DNA from: an uncultured beta proteobacterium
Lineage (GTDB): Bacteria > Pseudomonadota > Gammaproteobacteria > Burkholderiales > Gallionellaceae
DNA length: 64,000 nucleotides
Assembly (NCBI GenBank): GCA_963842555.1
Contig: CAWJHB010000004.1
Coordinates: 21,146 to 85,145 of the forward strand
Direction of reading: 5' to 3'
In this document: positions 8,862-18,467 of the stretch, piece after piece
Layout of the letters: each line of letters opens with the position of its first letter
Numbering within the stretch: position 1 is the first letter of the stretch
The notes under the pieces: model-generated
Seen by the model: the letters and a program-made list of their open reading frames with translations, nothing else
What the model was told of the DNA's origin: nothing
Databases searched by the model: none
Made by a program: the position numbers and the translations under genes

Positions 8862-10066
8862 GCTTCGGTTTCGATCGGGAAATTTCGCGCGACGGGACAG
8901 CCTCGGTCAAGCATGACGGCCGCGCCGCATATTTCGGCACGCCGGATGTGCTGCCGCTGTGGGTGGCCGACATGGATTTCGCCGCCCCGCAAGCGGTGAC
9001 GAGTGCGCTTGCCGAACGCGCCGCGCATCCGGTGTACGGTTACACCTTTTACCCGGACAGCATGTACGACGCGTTGATTGCCTGGCTGAAAAATCGCCAC
9101 GGTTGGGAGGTGCAACGCGACTGGATCATGATGGCGCCTGGCGTGGTGCCGTCGCTGTTTGCGACCGTAATGGCCTGCACGCAACAGGACCAGGGCGTGA
9201 TCGTTCAGCCGCCGGTCTATTTTCCGTTCTTCTCGGCGGTCACCACCAACGGGCGCCGCCTGATCGAGAATCCGTTGCGTCTGGAGAATGGGCGTCTGAA
9301 AAGCGGGCGTCCGGAGAATGGGCGTCTGGAAACTGGCCGCTACACGATAGACTTCGATCACCTTGAACAATGCGCCGCGGAGGGCTCGCGTTTATTGCTG
9401 CTGTGCTCGCCGCACAATCCGGTGGGCCGCGTGTGGAGCAGGGCGGAGCTGGAAGAACTCCTGCGCATCGCGCGGCGTTACGATCTGGCGATATTGTCTG
9501 ATGAAATACACGCCGACCTGGTTTATCCGGAAGCGAGGCATATCATGCTGGGCACGCTGGGGGGCGCCCACGACAAGATCATCACCGCGGTGGCGCCGAG
9601 CAAGACTTTCAATATTCCCGGCCTCGGCCTGTCCAGCCTGATCGTGCCCGATCCCGCGCAGCGCAACGCGCTCCGGAAAATCTTCGACAGACTGCATGTG
9701 GGCAACACCAATCCGTTCAGCATCGCCGCGTTCGAAGCGGCCTACCGCGGCGGAGCAGCCTGGCTGGACGGCCTGCTGGTCTATCTGCGCGACAACCGCG
9801 ATTTCGTCGGCGATTATCTGGTGACGCATTTGCCCGCCATTCGGCTCATCCAGCCAGAAGGCACGTACCTGCTCTGGCTGGATTGCCGCGGGCTGGGAAT
9901 GAACGATGTAAGACTGCGCGAATTCTTTGTGCGGGAAGCCCGGGTGGGAATGAACCCGGGCATATCCTTCGGGCAGGGCGGCAGCGGCTTCATGCGTCTC
10001 AACATTGCGTCGCCGCGCCATGTTATTGCCGATGGGCTGGAGCGTATTGCGGATGCACTCCGGTAG
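8858..10066 (+). CDS. ovoB: PLP-dependent C-S lyase of the MalY/PatB family, candidate ovothiol sulfoxide lyase
   Basis: TTG at 8858 overlaps the ovoA stop (TTGA). Motifs SPHNPVGRVW and APSKTFNIPG (PLP Lys). Confidence 0.7.
   Translation: MSFGFDREISRDGTASVKHDGRAAYFGTPDVLPLWVADMDFAAPQAVTSALAERAAHPVYGYTFYPDSMYDALIAWLKNRHGWEVQRDWIMMAPGVVPSLFATVMACTQQDQGVIVQPPVYFPFFSAVTTNGRRLIENPLRLENGRLKSGRPENGRLETGRYTIDFDHLEQCAAEGSRLLLLCSPHNPVGRVWSRAELEELLRIARRYDLAILSDEIHADLVYPEARHIMLGTLGGAHDKIITAVAPSKTFNIPGLGLSSLIVPDPAQRNALRKIFDRLHVGNTNPFSIAAFEAAYRGGAAWLDGLLVYLRDNRDFVGDYLVTHLPAIRLIQPEGTYLLWLDCRGLGMNDVRLREFFVREARVGMNPGISFGQGGSGFMRLNIASPRHVIADGLERIADALR
9277..9336 (+). repeat. 15-nt x4 in-frame tandem repeat inside ovoB
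   Basis: Units gcgtctggagaatgg / gcgtctgaaaagcgg / gcgtccggagaatgg / gcgtctggaaactgg encode RLENG-RLKSG-RPENG-RLETG. Confidence 0.85.
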
Positions 10067-10170
10067 CGCTGACCGCTCATGTTCGAGTCCGATAGGGGCC
10101 GGAGAGCGAACCGGCGAGACGGGTCATTCAGCGCTTAGTTCCCGGCTGCGGATCTTTTCAATGCACCGCT

Positions 10171-11085
10171 TTACAGCGCACAACTCACCATGTTGCGCAG
10201 CTGTTCAAGATAGTCCTCCACCCGTTCATGCAGCATCTCGGGCGCGGTGACGATGTCATGGGCCAGCGAGAACAGCGGATAGGCGCGCCATTCGAACAAG
10301 TGGAATTTCTCGACCATGCGCAGGGTGTGCACCCCCTCGCCGGAGATGTCGGACCAATCGCCGCGCGCCAGTCGCCTGCCCAGTGTATGGTGATGCGAAT
10401 CTTCGCTGGTGCCTGTCGTCACCAGGTCGCCCAGACCGGCATAGCCGTCGGGTGTGTGCGCCTTCCCGCCCAAGGTCTGCACGATACCCGACAACTCGGC
10501 AATCGCGGTCACCATCAGATGTCCGCGCATGTTTTTGCCCAACCCCAGTTCGTCAGACACGCCGAACATAATCGCATACACATTTTTCAGTATCACCGAC
10601 CAGCTCCTGCCGTGCATGTCCGATGCCTGCTGGCAGACCAGCCTGCTGCCGAGGAACAGGCTTTGTATCGTCGCGAAATCCGCGCCATCGGACAGCGCCG
10701 CATCGCCAAAACCGTGCTTCCCGGCCCTGAGTTCCTCCGAGATCATCGGGCCGTATAACACGCCGTAATGGTGTCTGTCGCCGAACACACCCTCGAATAT
10801 CCGGGCCGCAGTCTGTCCTGATTCATCCAGTCCCTTGGCGATCGTCAGGCACAGGCAGCCGCTTGCGAGATGGGTCGCGATGCGGCCGGCAATCTCGCGG
10901 TGCGGGTTCACCGGCAGGCAGAACAGGATCACTTGCGCCTCGGCGACTTCCTGTTCCAGGCTTGCATGGCGGCCCTTCACCACCACGCCCATGTCCCAGA
11001 TGCGGATATCGTGCCGTGTGCCAAGCAGTCCCTCCATGGCATGGCCCATTTCGCCATAGCCCAGGATCAAAACCGGTATTTTCAT
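10171..11085 (-). CDS. NAD(P)H-dependent glycerol-3-phosphate dehydrogenase family protein (GpsA paralog-like)
   Basis: N-terminal Rossmann MKIPVLILGYGEMG. GpsA-like C-terminal domain (GLGDLVTTGTS). Confidence 0.65.
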   Translation of the reverse strand: MKIPVLILGYGEMGHAMEGLLGTRHDIRIWDMGVVVKGRHASLEQEVAEAQVILFCLPVNPHREIAGRIATHLASGCLCLTIAKGLDESGQTAARIFEGVFGDRHHYGVLYGPMISEELRAGKHGFGDAALSDGADFATIQSLFLGSRLVCQQASDMHGRSWSVILKNVYAIMFGVSDELGLGKNMRGHLMVTAIAELSGIVQTLGGKAHTPDGYAGLGDLVTTGTSEDSHHHTLGRRLARGDWSDISGEGVHTLRMVEKFHLFEWRAYPLFSLAHDIVTAPEMLHERVEDYLEQLRNMVSCAL

Positions 11086-11251
11086 CGCGCCACCTCGTTC
11101 GGATAGACGGACATTATCCTAAAAATACCGGTTGCGCGAATGAGGGCTCCGTTCGTCGGGAAATCCCCGCAAGACAGCCTTTTCCATACTGCCTGCCGCC
11201 AGAATTAGCGGCTATAATTCCCCTCCGGAATTGTTATCGCAAGGAAATCAG

Positions 11252-12586
11252 ATGCCAGCACTTACCGATCAGCAAGCTTACGATTACATCATCAAACTGC
11301 TCACCGCGATGAGCAAGGCGGGCGGCTCCGACCTTTTCATATCCAGTGATTTTCCGCCCAGCATGAAGTCGCAGGGCGAAATGCAGCCGATGACCACGCA
11401 AAAACTTACCGGGGAGATAACGCGCCAGCTCGCGCATGCCCTGATGAATGAAGCGCAACGTGCGGAGTTCGACAAGGAAATGGAATGCAACTTTGCCATT
11501 TCCGTTCCGGGCATCTCCCGGTTCCGTGTCAACGTGTTTGTCCAGCAGCAGAATGTCGGCATGGTCATCCGCACGATTGCAGCCGAGATACCCACCTTCG
11601 AAAAGCTCCAACTGCCGGAAATACTCAAAGACATCGTGATGAACAAGCGCGGACTGGTACTGGTGGTCGGTGGCACCGGTTCCGGCAAGTCAACTTCGCT
11701 CGCCGCGATGATCGACCACCGCAACCGCGCGTCCAAGGGGCATATCATCACTGTCGAGGACCCGGTGGAATATGTGCATCAATCCCAGAAATCGCTGGTC
11801 ACCCACCGCGAAGTCGGTGTTGATACGCACAGCTGGCACCACGCCTTGAAGAATACCCTGCGCCAGGCCCCCGACGTGATCCTGATCGGCGAAATTCGCG
11901 ATGCGGAGACCATGGAGCATGCGATTGCCTTTGCCGAGACCGGCCACCTGTGCCTGGGCACGCTGCATGCCAACAGCACCAACCAGACCCTGGACCGCAT
12001 CATCAATTTTTTCCCCGAAGAGCGCCGCAACCAGTTGCTGATGGACCTTTCCGCCAACCTGCGCGCATTGATATCGCAGCGTCTGGTGCGCACTCAGGAT
12101 GGCAAGGGCCGCAGAGCCGCCATCGAGATACTGCTCAACACACCGACCATTGCCGACAAGATATTCAAGGGCGAATTCCACGAGATCAAAGGCGTCATGG
12201 AAAAGTCGCGCGAGCTCGGCATGCGCACGTTTGACTGGTCGTTGTTCGAGTTGTACAACGATGGCCATATCGGCTATGAGGAGGCGATACGCAATGCCGA
12301 TTCGGCAAATGAACTCCGCCTCAACATCAAGCTCAAGAGCAAGCGCGGCGAGCCGGGTTCGGCAACAGGGGAGACGACGCTTACTCTCCACGAATACAAG
12401 ACCCCGGAAGAAATGGAAGCGGAAAGGAAAAGGGAATTGGCGGCCCAGGAAGAGAAAAAGCGCCAGTTCGATGCAGAACAACTCGCCAAACTGCAGCAGG
12501 AAATGCGACAACTGGAACAGGCTCAGACGGAAAAGCCGCAGCAACCGGTGCTGATGCAGGAGAAAATACAGTTGGCGATCGATTAG
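11252..12586 (+). CDS. pilU: PilT/PilU-family hexameric ATPase (PilU-like) with a ~65-aa charged coiled-coil C-terminal extension
   Basis: Walker A GGTGSGKST, Asp box ITVEDPVE, Walker B DVILIGEIRD, His box TGHLCLGTLHAN. Tail rich in E/K/Q (EEMEAERKRELAAQEEKKRQ). Confidence 0.8.
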   Translation: MPALTDQQAYDYIIKLLTAMSKAGGSDLFISSDFPPSMKSQGEMQPMTTQKLTGEITRQLAHALMNEAQRAEFDKEMECNFAISVPGISRFRVNVFVQQQNVGMVIRTIAAEIPTFEKLQLPEILKDIVMNKRGLVLVVGGTGSGKSTSLAAMIDHRNRASKGHIITVEDPVEYVHQSQKSLVTHREVGVDTHSWHHALKNTLRQAPDVILIGEIRDAETMEHAIAFAETGHLCLGTLHANSTNQTLDRIINFFPEERRNQLLMDLSANLRALISQRLVRTQDGKGRRAAIEILLNTPTIADKIFKGEFHEIKGVMEKSRELGMRTFDWSLFELYNDGHIGYEEAIRNADSANELRLNIKLKSKRGEPGSATGETTLTLHEYKTPEEMEAERKRELAAQEEKKRQFDAEQLAKLQQEMRQLEQAQTEKPQQPVLMQEKIQLAID

Positions 12587-12644
12587 ACGGAATCAGCTTG
12601 ATATCATGCAGCGGTTCATCGGCAAAATTCAGAGGGCAGCATAG

Positions 12645-13361
12645 ATGGGATACGAAATCAGCCAGTTTGACATTCTGAATCGCCAGTTGCTGACCGGCAA
12701 GCCTCATCCCGGCGCAGTTGTCGTGTCGGACATTGGCGAGGCAAAAGTCGGCCGTACTATTTTCGGCAGGGCCAAGGTTAGGGTGATACGCGGACAGGAC
12801 AGGAAGCGCCGTGCCTGGCTGCTGACGATGCTTCTGGTGGTAGTGGCTGCTGCCGCTGCATGGGAGGGATGGGTGATATTTCAGCGGATCCAGCATGAGG
12901 CTGCGCCGGCCCCGTTGAGCGAAAGGATATGGGTAAGTCCGCCTGTTTTCCGGCCTGCGCGCATCGCACCCGATCCCCATCCGTCGCAGCGGGATTCGGA
13001 ATCGCTGATTCAGGCCGAAATCAGAAGTCTGCTGTCCGGGCCGCTCCCGCGCCATCCCCCCGCCGGGTTGCAAGCCATCGGGAAAGCCGCTGAAAAGCCG
13101 GTTGTATCGGAGCCGCTGACAAAGAACAAGCTGCAGGCGGCGCCACAAAAGACGATCGGGAACGGACCGGCGAATCAAACGGGTTTGCAACGCAAACCGT
13201 CGAACGCGACACAGCCTGAAGCGAATATCGTTGCAACCACGCCTCAGTCCGCGGCAAATCAGCCAACCGAGGTTATCCCGCTTTCAGACCCGCTGGACAG
13301 CGGGGACGCCCAGGCACCATCCAACGGTCCGCCACCGGGCGCGGTGAAACCGCAAGATTGA
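12645..13361 (+). CDS. Hypothetical single-pass membrane protein with a Pro/Gln-rich extracytoplasmic tail
   Basis: GAGGG RBS 9 nt upstream. One TM helix (WLLTMLLVVVAAAAAW). The competing antisense ORF looks like a shadow ORF. Confidence 0.45.
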   Translation: MGYEISQFDILNRQLLTGKPHPGAVVVSDIGEAKVGRTIFGRAKVRVIRGQDRKRRAWLLTMLLVVVAAAAAWEGWVIFQRIQHEAAPAPLSERIWVSPPVFRPARIAPDPHPSQRDSESLIQAEIRSLLSGPLPRHPPAGLQAIGKAAEKPVVSEPLTKNKLQAAPQKTIGNGPANQTGLQRKPSNATQPEANIVATTPQSAANQPTEVIPLSDPLDSGDAQAPSNGPPPGAVKPQD

Positions 13362-13513
13362 CCAGCTTGGTCCGCTTGGCAGTGACCGAGTGCAGGACCA
13401 GGAATGCTTTTCCGGGTCTGGCCGGAAGCAGTACGACACGGTTATTGCGGCAGGATTCGCCGCTGCAATCGGAGCGGATGATTCCGTTTATTTGTGCCGA
13501 CAAGAGGTGCGCA

Positions 13514-13894
13514 ATGGCAGAATCTGACAAGACGACAATCAAAATCCGCGCTTATGATGGCAAGGCGGCAGCCGATGACGCGCAGAGCAACCTGAGCGAA
13601 GAGCAGAACAATGCTTTTGAGCTGGCAAAGAAGACCGCCCAGCTTCAGGAAGAAAAGAAAAAGTCGGTCGAACATCTAAAGATGATCGAGAGTCTTCAGG
13701 ACATCATCAAGCAGGAACAGGCACGATCGGCAGAACTGGCGAAGACCGTGGCTTCACTGGAGGCGAAACTGAAAGAACTTTCCGGGCCTGGAAGCAACGT
13801 GCAAAAGATCGCCGAGCTGGAGGCGACGGTCAAGGAGTTATCCGGGGTGATCGGCGAGATATCGATGATCGCCGCTGCGGGAAAGACCCGTTAG
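13514..13894 (+). CDS. Hypothetical coiled-coil protein
   Basis: AGAGGTG RBS before the ATG at 13514. Heptad-like E/K/L-rich sequence. Confidence 0.5.
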   Translation: MAESDKTTIKIRAYDGKAAADDAQSNLSEEQNNAFELAKKTAQLQEEKKKSVEHLKMIESLQDIIKQEQARSAELAKTVASLEAKLKELSGPGSNVQKIAELEATVKELSGVIGEISMIAAAGKTR

Positions 13895-14018
13895 CGAATT
13901 CTTGCCGGCATGTGTTCCGGCGTAACGAATGCAGCAGCGGGTTTGCGCTGCAACGCTGTGATGATCATCGGGCCGCAACTCCAGATCGCGAGACGATTGC
14001 GCGCCTGAACAGGAATGC

Positions 14019-15176
14019 TCAACCGATCAATTCAGCCGTTGCTTCGATTAGCCTGTCGACATCATGATCGCTCGCATGCAGATGCGGCGAAATGCGCAGC
14101 CACTCGCCGCGCTGGCTGATGTGGATGTTCATGGCCCTGAGTTTCGCCACTGTATCCACCACGCAAGCCTCCGGCAATCGTGCGCCGAACATATGCGGAC
14201 AGCGCTGATCATGTTCGGGCAGCCGGCAGCCCAGCTGTGCCAGATGCTCCGCGATCCTTGTGTTGATCGCCGCGAGCGATACGGCGATGTTTTCCATTCC
14301 CCACTCTTGTATCTGCTCCAGCGCAGCGATGGCGCCGGGCAGGCTGGCGGTACATTTCTCGCCGACATCAAAACGGCGCGCACCCGGCATGTAGGCATCG
14401 GTATATTTAGTCAGCGCGGCGATATCCTCCGCATTGCGGCGCGCCAGCTAGGTCTCTTCCAGCGGACGCGCATCGCGCCAGCGTTCCGACACATACAGCA
14501 GGGCGAAACCGTACGGACACAACAACCGCTTGTAACCGGCCGCCACCAAAAAGTCCGGCCGAATATCCCGGACATGAAAGGGCATGGCGCCCAGGGTCTG
14601 GGTCGCATCCAGCACCTGTATGCTGCCCGCCGCACGGCAGGCCTTGCTGATCGCATGCAGATCGATATACGCGCCGTTCATCCAGTGGCAGGAGGAGATC
14701 GCCGCCACTTTTACCGACGAATCAATGCGGTCCAGGATCGCCCGCGTCCAGTTGCCGTCGTCGGGCGTCGGCACCGTGATCAGGACCGCGCCGGTTTCCC
14801 GCGCCGTCCTGCGCCAGGGCGGCACGACACTGGGGAATTCATCCGCGATCACCAGGATGCGGTCGCCGAATGCAAGTGCGGCTCCACCGCGCGCGCCGCC
14901 GTGCTCATGCCGTAACTCGCGGCAGGCACCACCGCATAGCCATCCGCATCCCCGCCGAAAATCTCCGCCGAAAATCTCCGCCGACAGGCGACGTATCGTC
15001 TCGGCATCGTCAAAGAAACTCTGCGTCGTCCGCTCCCAGGGATGATTCTTGCCGCGCACGCTTGCCTGCAGGCGGTTCAGCGATGCCTTCAGTTGCGGCG
15101 AGCTGGACGCGCAATTGAAATAGGCGATGTTGTCGGGAATGTCGAACAGGTGGCGCTGGGAAGGAAGGAGGGGCAT
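14019..15176 (-). pseudogene. Class V aminotransferase-fold PLP enzyme, disrupted
   Basis: ORFs 14448..15176 and 14019..14390 are in the same frame, separated by a single TAG at 14448-14450. A 13-bp tandem duplication (14962-14987) produces a ~23-aa out-of-frame stretch. PLP-Lys region AAGYKRLLCPYG. Confidence 0.7.
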
Positions 15177-15268
15177 GGTGCTTTTTTATCGGCAATGTGA
15201 TTGCGATGAGACTGTGTACCGAAAATCCACACCGCCGGGGATGTTCGGCCAAGTTGGCCTTGATCTTC

Positions 15269-18019
15269 CTAAACCAACTTCTTCAACTGATACAACCTCT
15301 CCAGCGCTTCTTTCGGACTCAACTCATCCGGCTGCAAGCTGCGCAGCGTTTGCAGTGCCGGATGCTCTTCTGGTTCAGGCGGCTCCGGCTTCTTGTCGAA
15401 CAAATCCCCCTGGGGATTCTGGGCGGCGCTGTTCCGCTCCAGTTTGAGCAGTTGTTTCTTCGCGGCGCGGATTACGTCGTTGGGCACGCCGGCCAGCGCG
15501 GCGACCTGCAGGCCGTAGCTCTGGCTGGCGGCGCCTTCGTTCACGCTGTGCAGGAACACGATGCTGTGTTGGTGTTCGATCGCGGCCAGGTGGACGTTGG
15601 ACAGCTGCGGGAATTCATCCGACAGCCGGGTCAGCTCGAAATAGTGGGTCGCGAATAGGGTGTAGCTGCGGTTCCTCTCCAGCAGGTGGCGCGCGATCGC
15701 ATAGGCGAGCGCGAGGCCGTCGAAGGTACTCGTGCCGCGCCCGATCTCGTCCACCAGCACCAGGCTTTTCTCCGAGGCATTGTGCAAAATATTGGCGGCT
15801 TCGGTCATCTCGACCATGAAGGTTGAACGTCCGCTGGCGAGGTCGTCCGACGCGCCGATGCGCGTGAAGATCTGGTCGATTTCGCCGAGCACGGCCTGCT
15901 GCGCCGGAACGAAGCTGCCGATATGCGCGAGCAGCGCGATCAACGCGACCTGGCGCATGTAGGTGGACTTTCCGCCCATGTTGGGACCGGTGATCAGCAG
16001 CATGCGGCGCTTCTCGCTGAGCGCAGTATCGTTCGGCGTGAAACGCCCGCCGCCATTGGCAGCGACCTGAGCCTCCACCACCGGATGGCGGCCCTGGCTG
16101 ATGCCGATCTGCGGCTCATCGGAAAATTGCGGTGCGCTGAAATTCAGTGTGGCGGCACGCTCGGCAAAAGTGGCGAGCACATCCAGTTCGGCAATCGCGG
16201 CGGCGATGCGCTGCAGTTGCGGGATGTGCGGGGCCAGCTGGTCAAGCAGCTGTTCATAGAGGAAACGTTCGCGCGCCAGTGCCCGCTCGTTGGCGGACAA
16301 TGCCTTGTCCTCGAAGGTTTTCAGTCCGGGCGTGATGTAGCGTTCGGCATTCTTGAGCGTTTGGCGGCGACGGTAATCGTCCGGCACGTTCACGCTTTGC
16401 GCCTGGCTCACCTCGATATAAAAGCCGTGCACACGGTTGTATTCAACCTTGAGATTGGCAATGCCGGTGCGCGCGCGTTCGCGCGTTTCCAATGCCAGCA
16501 GGAAATCGCCGCAGTTAGTCTGTATGCCGCGCAATTCGTCCAGTTCGGCGTCGAAGCCGTCGGCGATCACGCCGCCTTCGCGCAAGACACTCGAAGGCTC
16601 CGCCTTCAGTGTCTTTTGCAATAGCAATCCCAATTCATCGTCGTTCGCTTCTTGCCGCGCCGTCTCGCCTTCGCCCTGGAATGGCCGGGAGGTTGCCGGC
16701 AGCTCACCTGCCAGGAATTTGATGCGCGGTGCGGAAATATCGCAAAGGAGCGTCTGCAGTCGTGGCAGCTGCGCGAGTGTGTCGCGCAGGCCGGACAGGT
16801 CGCGCGGACGCGCACTGCGCAGAGCGATGCGTGCAGTGATGCGCTCCACATCCACGCAGGGTTTAAGCTGTTCGTGCACGGCACGATAGGATGCTCCACC
16901 AGACCTCCCCCCTTCCAACTTCCCCCCTGTGGGAGGAAGAGCAGATGTACCCGCTCCCCCCGGGGGAGGATTGGGGTGGGGAAAGGTCGTGCCACGGGAG
17001 AGGGGAGATAATAGATTTTCGACTGCATCCAGCCGCGCATTCAAAACGGCACGGTCGCGCAGCGGGTGATCCAGCCAGTGATGCAGCAAACGGCTGCCCA
17101 TGTTGGTTGCGCACGTGTCGAGCAGCGACAGCAGCGTGGGCGCAGCTTCTCCGCGCAGGGTCTGGGTGATCTCCAGATTGCGCCGTGTCGCGGCATCCAT
17201 ACGCACGTAGCGCTCAGCGCTGTAAACCTGCAGGCTGCGGATGTGGCTGATGGCCTGGCCCTGCGTCAATTTGGCATAACCGAGCAATGCGCCAGCCGCC
17301 TCCAGTCCGACGGTGAAATCATTGCAGCCGAATCCGGCCAGGTCGAGCGTGGCGAACTGCTGGCACAACGCGCGCCGGGAAGTCTCCAGATCGAAATGCC
17401 AGGCCGGGAGCGTTTTGTTCGGCACCTTGCCGGGCGGTACAGCGACATTGTCCGCGTGCAGAATCTCCGAGGGCTGCAACCGCTCCAGTTCGGCGGGCAG
17501 ATCTTCAGGCTTTGACTCGCAGACGAAGAACTGGCCTGACGCCAGGTTCAGCCACGCCAGGCCCAGCTTGCCGTGATGTTCATGCAGGGCCAGCAACAGA
17601 CTGTCGCGCTTCTCTTCCAGCAGCGCGGTATCGGTGGCGGTGCCGGGCGTGACGATGCGCACCACCTTGCGCTCCACCGGCCCCTTGCTGGTCGCCGGGT
17701 CGCCGATCTGCTCGCAAATCGCCACCGATTCGCCCAGCTTTAACAGCTTGGCGAGATATTGCTCGGCAGCGTGATAGGGCACGCCTGCCATTTTGATCGG
17801 TGCTCCGTTGGATGTGCCGCGTTGGGTCAGCGTGATATCAAGCAGCTTGGCCGCGCGCACCGCATCGTCATGGAACAGCTCGTAAAAGTCGCCCATCCGG
17901 TAGAACAGCAGCATGTCGGGATGCTCCGCCTTGATGCGCAGGTACTGCTGCATCATCGGGGTATCTTTCTCGCCGTCCCGGGCTTGCTTTGCCGGCGATC
18001 GCGTATCGGTGTCCGTCAT
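15269..18019 (-). CDS. mutS: DNA mismatch repair protein MutS
   Basis: PMMQQY, Walker [33 protein letters not shown]. 916 aa, longer than typical because of internal inserts. Confidence 0.95.
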   Translation of the reverse strand: MTDTDTRSPAKQARDGEKDTPMMQQYLRIKAEHPDMLLFYRMGDFYELFHDDAVRAAKLLDITLTQRGTSNGAPIKMAGVPYHAAEQYLAKLLKLGESVAICEQIGDPATSKGPVERKVVRIVTPGTATDTALLEEKRDSLLLALHEHHGKLGLAWLNLASGQFFVCESKPEDLPAELERLQPSEILHADNVAVPPGKVPNKTLPAWHFDLETSRRALCQQFATLDLAGFGCNDFTVGLEAAGALLGYAKLTQGQAISHIRSLQVYSAERYVRMDAATRRNLEITQTLRGEAAPTLLSLLDTCATNMGSRLLHHWLDHPLRDRAVLNARLDAVENLLSPLSRGTTFPHPNPPPGGAGTSALPPTGGKLEGGRSGGASYRAVHEQLKPCVDVERITARIALRSARPRDLSGLRDTLAQLPRLQTLLCDISAPRIKFLAGELPATSRPFQGEGETARQEANDDELGLLLQKTLKAEPSSVLREGGVIADGFDAELDELRGIQTNCGDFLLALETRERARTGIANLKVEYNRVHGFYIEVSQAQSVNVPDDYRRRQTLKNAERYITPGLKTFEDKALSANERALARERFLYEQLLDQLAPHIPQLQRIAAAIAELDVLATFAERAATLNFSAPQFSDEPQIGISQGRHPVVEAQVAANGGGRFTPNDTALSEKRRMLLITGPNMGGKSTYMRQVALIALLAHIGSFVPAQQAVLGEIDQIFTRIGASDDLASGRSTFMVEMTEAANILHNASEKSLVLVDEIGRGTSTFDGLALAYAIARHLLERNRSYTLFATHYFELTRLSDEFPQLSNVHLAAIEHQHSIVFLHSVNEGAASQSYGLQVAALAGVPNDVIRAAKKQLLKLERNSAAQNPQGDLFDKKPEPPEPEEHPALQTLRSLQPDELSPKEALERLYQLKKLV

Positions 18020-18023
18020 GGCG

Positions 18024-18465
18024 TCACCCGTGTACTACACAACGACCGGAGAACTCGACAGCCGGGCGATCGTCTTGCGTGATGGTGACATCGAGCGATA
18101 TGCGGGCGCGGCCATGCCGGTGCAGCGTATCTACCATGCGTTTGAACGCGGCGTTGTCTTAGCCGGCACTCGGCATGCAGCGCTTGTTCGACCTGATGCA
18201 GATAACGGATGCTGCCGTCCTGAATCACGATATGTTTGTGCAGTTTCGTTTCGGCCAGCTTGAGATGCAGCAGGCCCCATCCGCACAACACCGCAAGGGA
18301 ATAAAGGCTGCCCCCGAAAGCGGTGCTTTTATGATTGGTGTTCGGAGCCAGCGGTGCGGCAAGACCCACGCTTGAACCATCGTAGCCGTGTACCCGGACG
18401 CCCATCGCTTTGGAGATCGGGATCTCGGTATGCAGGACGAGCTCCAGTGCCGCAGTCCGATACAT
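18024..18465 (-). pseudogene. YiiD C-terminal-type (hotdog) thioesterase-like gene with a +1 frameshift
   Basis: N-terminal part is read in ORF 18016..18702 from MYRTAALELV. The plausible C-terminus [44 protein letters not shown] is in another frame. The span is 442 nt, which is 3n+1. Confidence 0.6.
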
Positions 18466-18467
18466 GG

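Noticed and set aside
10081-10100. GTTCGAGTCC string resembling a tRNA T-loop downstream of ovoB
   Set aside because: The flanking bases cannot form a T-stem (tcatg versus ccgat do not pair), and no acceptor or anticodon arms could be built. I treat it as a chance match.
12381-13190. 269-aa minus-strand ORF competing with the membrane protein at 12645..13361
   Set aside because: It overlaps the pilU 3' end, is Arg-rich, and has no TM or motif content and no RBS. The plus-strand ORF has an RBS and a clean TM helix.
16640-16699. Second extra segment in MutS ([20 protein letters not shown]) relative to E. coli MutS as I remember it
   Set aside because: The DNA has no repeat or palindrome structure and normal composition. 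It is most simply a lineage-specific linker length difference, so it is not reported as an insertion element.
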